Below are positions 60,015 through 62,803 of a stretch of 62,803 nucleotides of DNA, piece by piece. The DNA comes from Actinomycetota bacterium (GTDB taxonomy: Bacteria > Actinomycetota > UBA4738 > HRBIN12). The notes under the pieces were generated by a model. It was not told where the DNA came from, ran no database searches, and saw only the letters and a list, made by a program, of their open reading frames with translations. Made by a program: the position numbers and the translations under genes. Numbering within the stretch: the stretch's first letter is position 1; the number at the start of each line of letters is the position of its first letter. The DNA is taken from assembly GCA_035535815.1 (NCBI GenBank), contig DATLPI010000056.1, positions 1 to 62,803 on the forward strand, given 5' to 3'.

Positions 60015-61385
60015 TCAGGCGGTGAGTTCACCGATCAGATCGGAGAACGCGGAGAGATAGCCGTCGACATCTTCGGCGGTGGCGGGCACGCCACACGTGG
60101 GGCCGGCGCCGACGATCGCGTCCCAGACGCCGCGGTTCGCGAGGTAAACGCGCATCAGACGCCGGAGCGGCACGTCGAAGTGCTCGCGGGCCTCGAGCGC
60201 GTTGCGCGGCATCCGCTCGGCGAACGTGACGCCGCTCCGCGGCCAGAACCGGTGAGCCGTCCAGGGCAGACCGGCCTTGTCGATCGTGGCCTCGATGCCG
60301 TCGGCGAGCTGGGCGCCCAGCACGTGGGTGTGCGCGTACGCCTCGTCGGTGAGCACCTCGCCCATCGTGGCGCGCGCGGACGCCATCTGCAGCGGGTTGC
60401 CGAACAGCGTGCCGCCGGTGGCCACGGACGGCTTCTCGTCATCGCGCCCGCTGGGCCGTTCGAGCACGTCGGCCACCGCCTCGGTCATGCCGTATGTGCC
60501 CATCGGGATGCCGCCGGCCAGCGACTTGCCCGCCGACACGATGTCGGGCTCGAGTCCCCACATGCGGGTCAGCCCACCCGGACCCACGACCTGGGTGTGC
60601 GTCTCATCGTAGGCGAGCAGGGTGCCGGTCTCGCGGGTGATCGCGCGGAGCTCGGCGTGGAAATCGTCGACCGGCAGTTGCAGGCCGATCTCGTTCGTGA
60701 GGACGGGCTCGGTGAGCACGATCGCGATCTCGCGCGTCTCCAAGGCCGCCCGGACCGCCTCGACGTCGTTGAACTGCACGATCGCGGTCTTCGAGGTGAC
60801 GTCGCGCGGCAGGCCGACCTCACCGGGGACGAGGTGCCCGTCCTCCAGTTTCACGAGGGTCTCGTCGAAGTGCCCGTGGTACTTGCCGTCGAACAGCAGC
60901 ACCCGGTCTCGCCCGGTGATGGTGCGCGCCACCCGGATCACCTCGGTGTTGGCGTGGGTCGCCGACAGCGTGAACTGCCATTTCGGCAGACCGAATCTGC
61001 GCTGCAGCTCCCGCGCCACCCAGATCGAATCCTCGCTCGGCAGCAGGAACTGGCTCCCGGCCGCCATGCGCTTGGCGACGGCCTCCACCACGGGTTCGGG
61101 CCCGTAGCCGCCGAACATCGACATGTCGGCGATGTTGAAGTCGGCGTAGTCGTTGCCGTCCACGTCGCGGAAATGCCCGCCCTTGCCCTCGGCGACGAAC
61201 AGCGGCGGGTGGTCGTAGGAGGTGCGGAGCCACGACATCGGGACGCCGTTCGGCATCACGGCCTTCGCCTGGTTCCAGCGTTGGATCGATCCGGCGTGGC
61301 TGCCGATGAAGGCCGCGTCCTCGCGTTCCTTCAGCTCGGCGAGCGTGCGGCGGTCGATGCCCGGTGCGACGGCGGTCTCGGTCAT
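60015..61385 (-). CDS. Class III PLP-dependent aminotransferase (glutamate-1-semialdehyde aminomutase-like)
   Basis: 456 aa with LLAYDETHT and the PLP-lysine region DIVSAGKSLAGGIPMG. Confidence 0.8.
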   Translation of the reverse strand: MTETAVAPGIDRRTLAELKEREDAAFIGSHAGSIQRWNQAKAVMPNGVPMSWLRTSYDHPPLFVAEGKGGHFRDVDGNDYADFNIADMSMFGGYGPEPVVEAVAKRMAAGSQFLLPSEDSIWVARELQRRFGLPKWQFTLSATHANTEVIRVARTITGRDRVLLFDGKYHGHFDETLVKLEDGHLVPGEVGLPRDVTSKTAIVQFNDVEAVRAALETREIAIVLTEPVLTNEIGLQLPVDDFHAELRAITRETGTLLAYDETHTQVVGPGGLTRMWGLEPDIVSAGKSLAGGIPMGTYGMTEAVADVLERPSGRDDEKPSVATGGTLFGNPLQMASARATMGEVLTDEAYAHTHVLGAQLADGIEATIDKAGLPWTAHRFWPRSGVTFAERMPRNALEAREHFDVPLRRLMRVYLANRGVWDAIVGAGPTCGVPATAEDVDGYLSAFSDLIGELTA

Positions 61386-61438
61386 GCCACTAGGTCTATC
61401 AGTCGTGCCGTCGCCTGGCCAACGGACGAGGGGCGTCC

Positions 61439-62761
61439 TCAGCCGGAGGCGCGCAGGTCGAAGGCGTGCACGGTGCCCGCGTCGTCACCCATGTAGACCG
61501 CACCGGCGCCTGATGCCGGCACGGCCCGGGTCGGACCCCCGAGCGAGATCGTGGCGGCTTCGTCGCATGTGGTCACGTTCGAGGGGTCGCAACCGGTGCC
61601 GATCGCGAACACGCGGCCATCCTCGGACGCGACGAACACGAAGCCCTCTTCGATCACCGGCCTGCCCAGGCCTTCGGCTCCGAGGTCGAACGACCGCAGG
61701 GGCCCGCACGTTGGGTTCGGACACGTGGCGGGGAACAACCAGAGCGTGCCGTCGTCGCCCGCGATCGCCACCTGTCCCGAACCGACGCCCGGCGGGGCGG
61801 GCGATCCTTCCGCGAACGCACCGCCCGGCACGAACGTCCCGGTCCAGGTGGGGTGACACACGCCCTGGCACGAGAGGGGGAACGCCAGCAGCGATCCATG
61901 AGCCACCACGTACGCGGTATCGCCCTCGACCGTCACCCCGGTGGCCGGTCCGTCGGTCTCGCCGGTCCAGAGCGGTTCGCACCCTTCCGTGCACACCGCG
62001 GGGAACGCCGACACGCCGCCTTCGACCGAGTCGGATGCCACCACCACGACGCCCCCGCCCACCGCCGGGGCATCGCCGGTCGGGGCGTCCGGGAGCGGCG
62101 CCGTCCACGCCGGCAGGCAGGTCCGGTCGGCGCTGCCGCACGCCGCCGGGAAGGCGTACAGGCGGTCGGAGGTGACGTAGACGAAGTCGTCGTTGACGCC
62201 GGGCCGGGACACGCGACCCTTCCCGGCGACGCCCACCCATCGGGGCGGGCATCCGTTGGCGTCGCACGTCGCGGGAAAGGCGTACACCTGCCCCGACGAC
62301 GAACCGGCGTACACGGAATCACCGGAGACCACGGGCGCCGAGATCGGTCCGTCGGGCACGACGCCCAGCCACGACGGTCGGCACGGTTCGCCGTCGCCGT
62401 CGCACGGGATGTCGAACACGGTCAGTCCTTGAGCGCTGCTGGCGTACAGGCGATCGGCCTCGAAGGCCATGCCGACGACCTTTCCCTGTCCCAGATCGGC
62501 CGACCAGGTCGGGGTGAGGCCGATCAACGCCGACGGGTCGACCCCGGGCTCCTCGTGCCGGCTGAATGCGCGGATCGAACCCCCCACGACCGCCAGGACC
62601 ACGATGACGGCCAGGAGTGCGAGCACCATACGCACCACGGTTCGTCGGTGCGGGTGCACGAGACGTCGCAGGCGGTTTCGTGGGCCCGGACGCCGTGCGT
62701 CGGAGGCTGCCTCGGTGTTCACCCCGGGGTCGGCCGGCTCGTCGATGTCATCGTGCTGCAC
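61439..62761 (-). CDS. Membrane-anchored PQQ-like/BamB-like beta-propeller protein with a Cys-x(n)-Cys loop in each of 7 blades
   Basis: 440 aa with GTG start 62761. The TM anchor is VRMVLALLAVIVVLAVVGG. Seven repeats of the type (Y/L)AFPxxC..C.P.W follow, carrying 14 Cys in total. Confidence 0.65.
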   Translation of the reverse strand: MQHDDIDEPADPGVNTEAASDARRPGPRNRLRRLVHPHRRTVVRMVLALLAVIVVLAVVGGSIRAFSRHEEPGVDPSALIGLTPTWSADLGQGKVVGMAFEADRLYASSAQGLTVFDIPCDGDGEPCRPSWLGVVPDGPISAPVVSGDSVYAGSSSGQVYAFPATCDANGCPPRWVGVAGKGRVSRPGVNDDFVYVTSDRLYAFPAACGSADRTCLPAWTAPLPDAPTGDAPAVGGGVVVVASDSVEGGVSAFPAVCTEGCEPLWTGETDGPATGVTVEGDTAYVVAHGSLLAFPLSCQGVCHPTWTGTFVPGGAFAEGSPAPPGVGSGQVAIAGDDGTLWLFPATCPNPTCGPLRSFDLGAEGLGRPVIEEGFVFVASEDGRVFAIGTGCDPSNVTTCDEAATISLGGPTRAVPASGAGAVYMGDDAGTVHAFDLRASG

Positions 62762-62803
62762 GCGCTCATGGTGTCAGACCCCCCGGCTAGCTTGCGAGGG
62801 ACC

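Noticed and set aside
1-62803. Search for mobile elements, prophage, integrases, toxin-antitoxin or defence systems, tRNA/rRNA genes and CRISPR arrays.
   Set aside because: None of the translated ORFs shows transposase (DDE), integrase, phage structural, restriction, Cas or typical TA motifs. No cloverleaf-like or rRNA-like segments were seen by eye, and apart from short intergenic patches there is no compositional island. tRNAscan, Infernal and defence-system HMM scans would be needed to be definitive.

Overview
The window is GC-rich by eye (not computed), with third codon positions mostly G/C, and is almost fully coding. It looks like ordinary chromosomal DNA of an Actinomycetota-type organism. 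The taxon is only an inference from gene content: an Lsr2-like protein, LLM and PPOX-type (F420-associated) enzymes, a PIG-L deacetylase and Lgt.

I support about 68 protein-coding genes. By eye I found no rRNA, tRNA, CRISPR array, transposase, integrase or prophage gene.

Gene content, left to right:
- a partial cysteine-synthase-family gene
- a convergent pair of response-regulator c-di-GMP enzymes (GGDDF variant and EAL)
- a histidine-utilisation cluster (hutU, S51 peptidase, hutH, convergent hutI)
- pepA and housekeeping or membrane genes (PAP2, lgt, mrp)
- an orphan pilT
- an NfeD-stomatin operon bracketed by two ECF sigma/anti-sigma pairs
- an approximately 12.5 kb minus-strand glycerol/dihydroxyacetone supra-operon (glpF-dhaK-dhaL-glpK-small acidic protein-glpA-like-sdhBCD-like-dhaM-pgsA-SDR-glpX)
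- a divergent dhaL-paralog/IclR/alpha-hydroxyacid oxidase unit
- ndh, SulP, a lipid kinase/PAP2 pair, tldD/pmbA
- a set of small enzymes and exported or membrane proteins

The most unusual item is a four-gene, translationally coupled module. A truncated GlpA-type glycerol-3-phosphate dehydrogenase flavoprotein is followed by a complex-II-type Fe-S subunit and two SdhC/D-like membrane anchors, instead of GlpB/GlpC.

Secondary items:
- an orphan DhaL paralog coupled to an IclR regulator
- a 19-residue-periodic acidic/His-rich miniprotein inside the glycerol operon
- an Lsr2-N-like CxxC protein with a canonical AT-hook
- a 12-bp GATC-phased tandem repeat
- a 24-bp duplication carrying stop codons

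Many long ORFs in the track are antisense or out-of-frame artefacts of the high GC content. Several real genes were trimmed to internal start codons.
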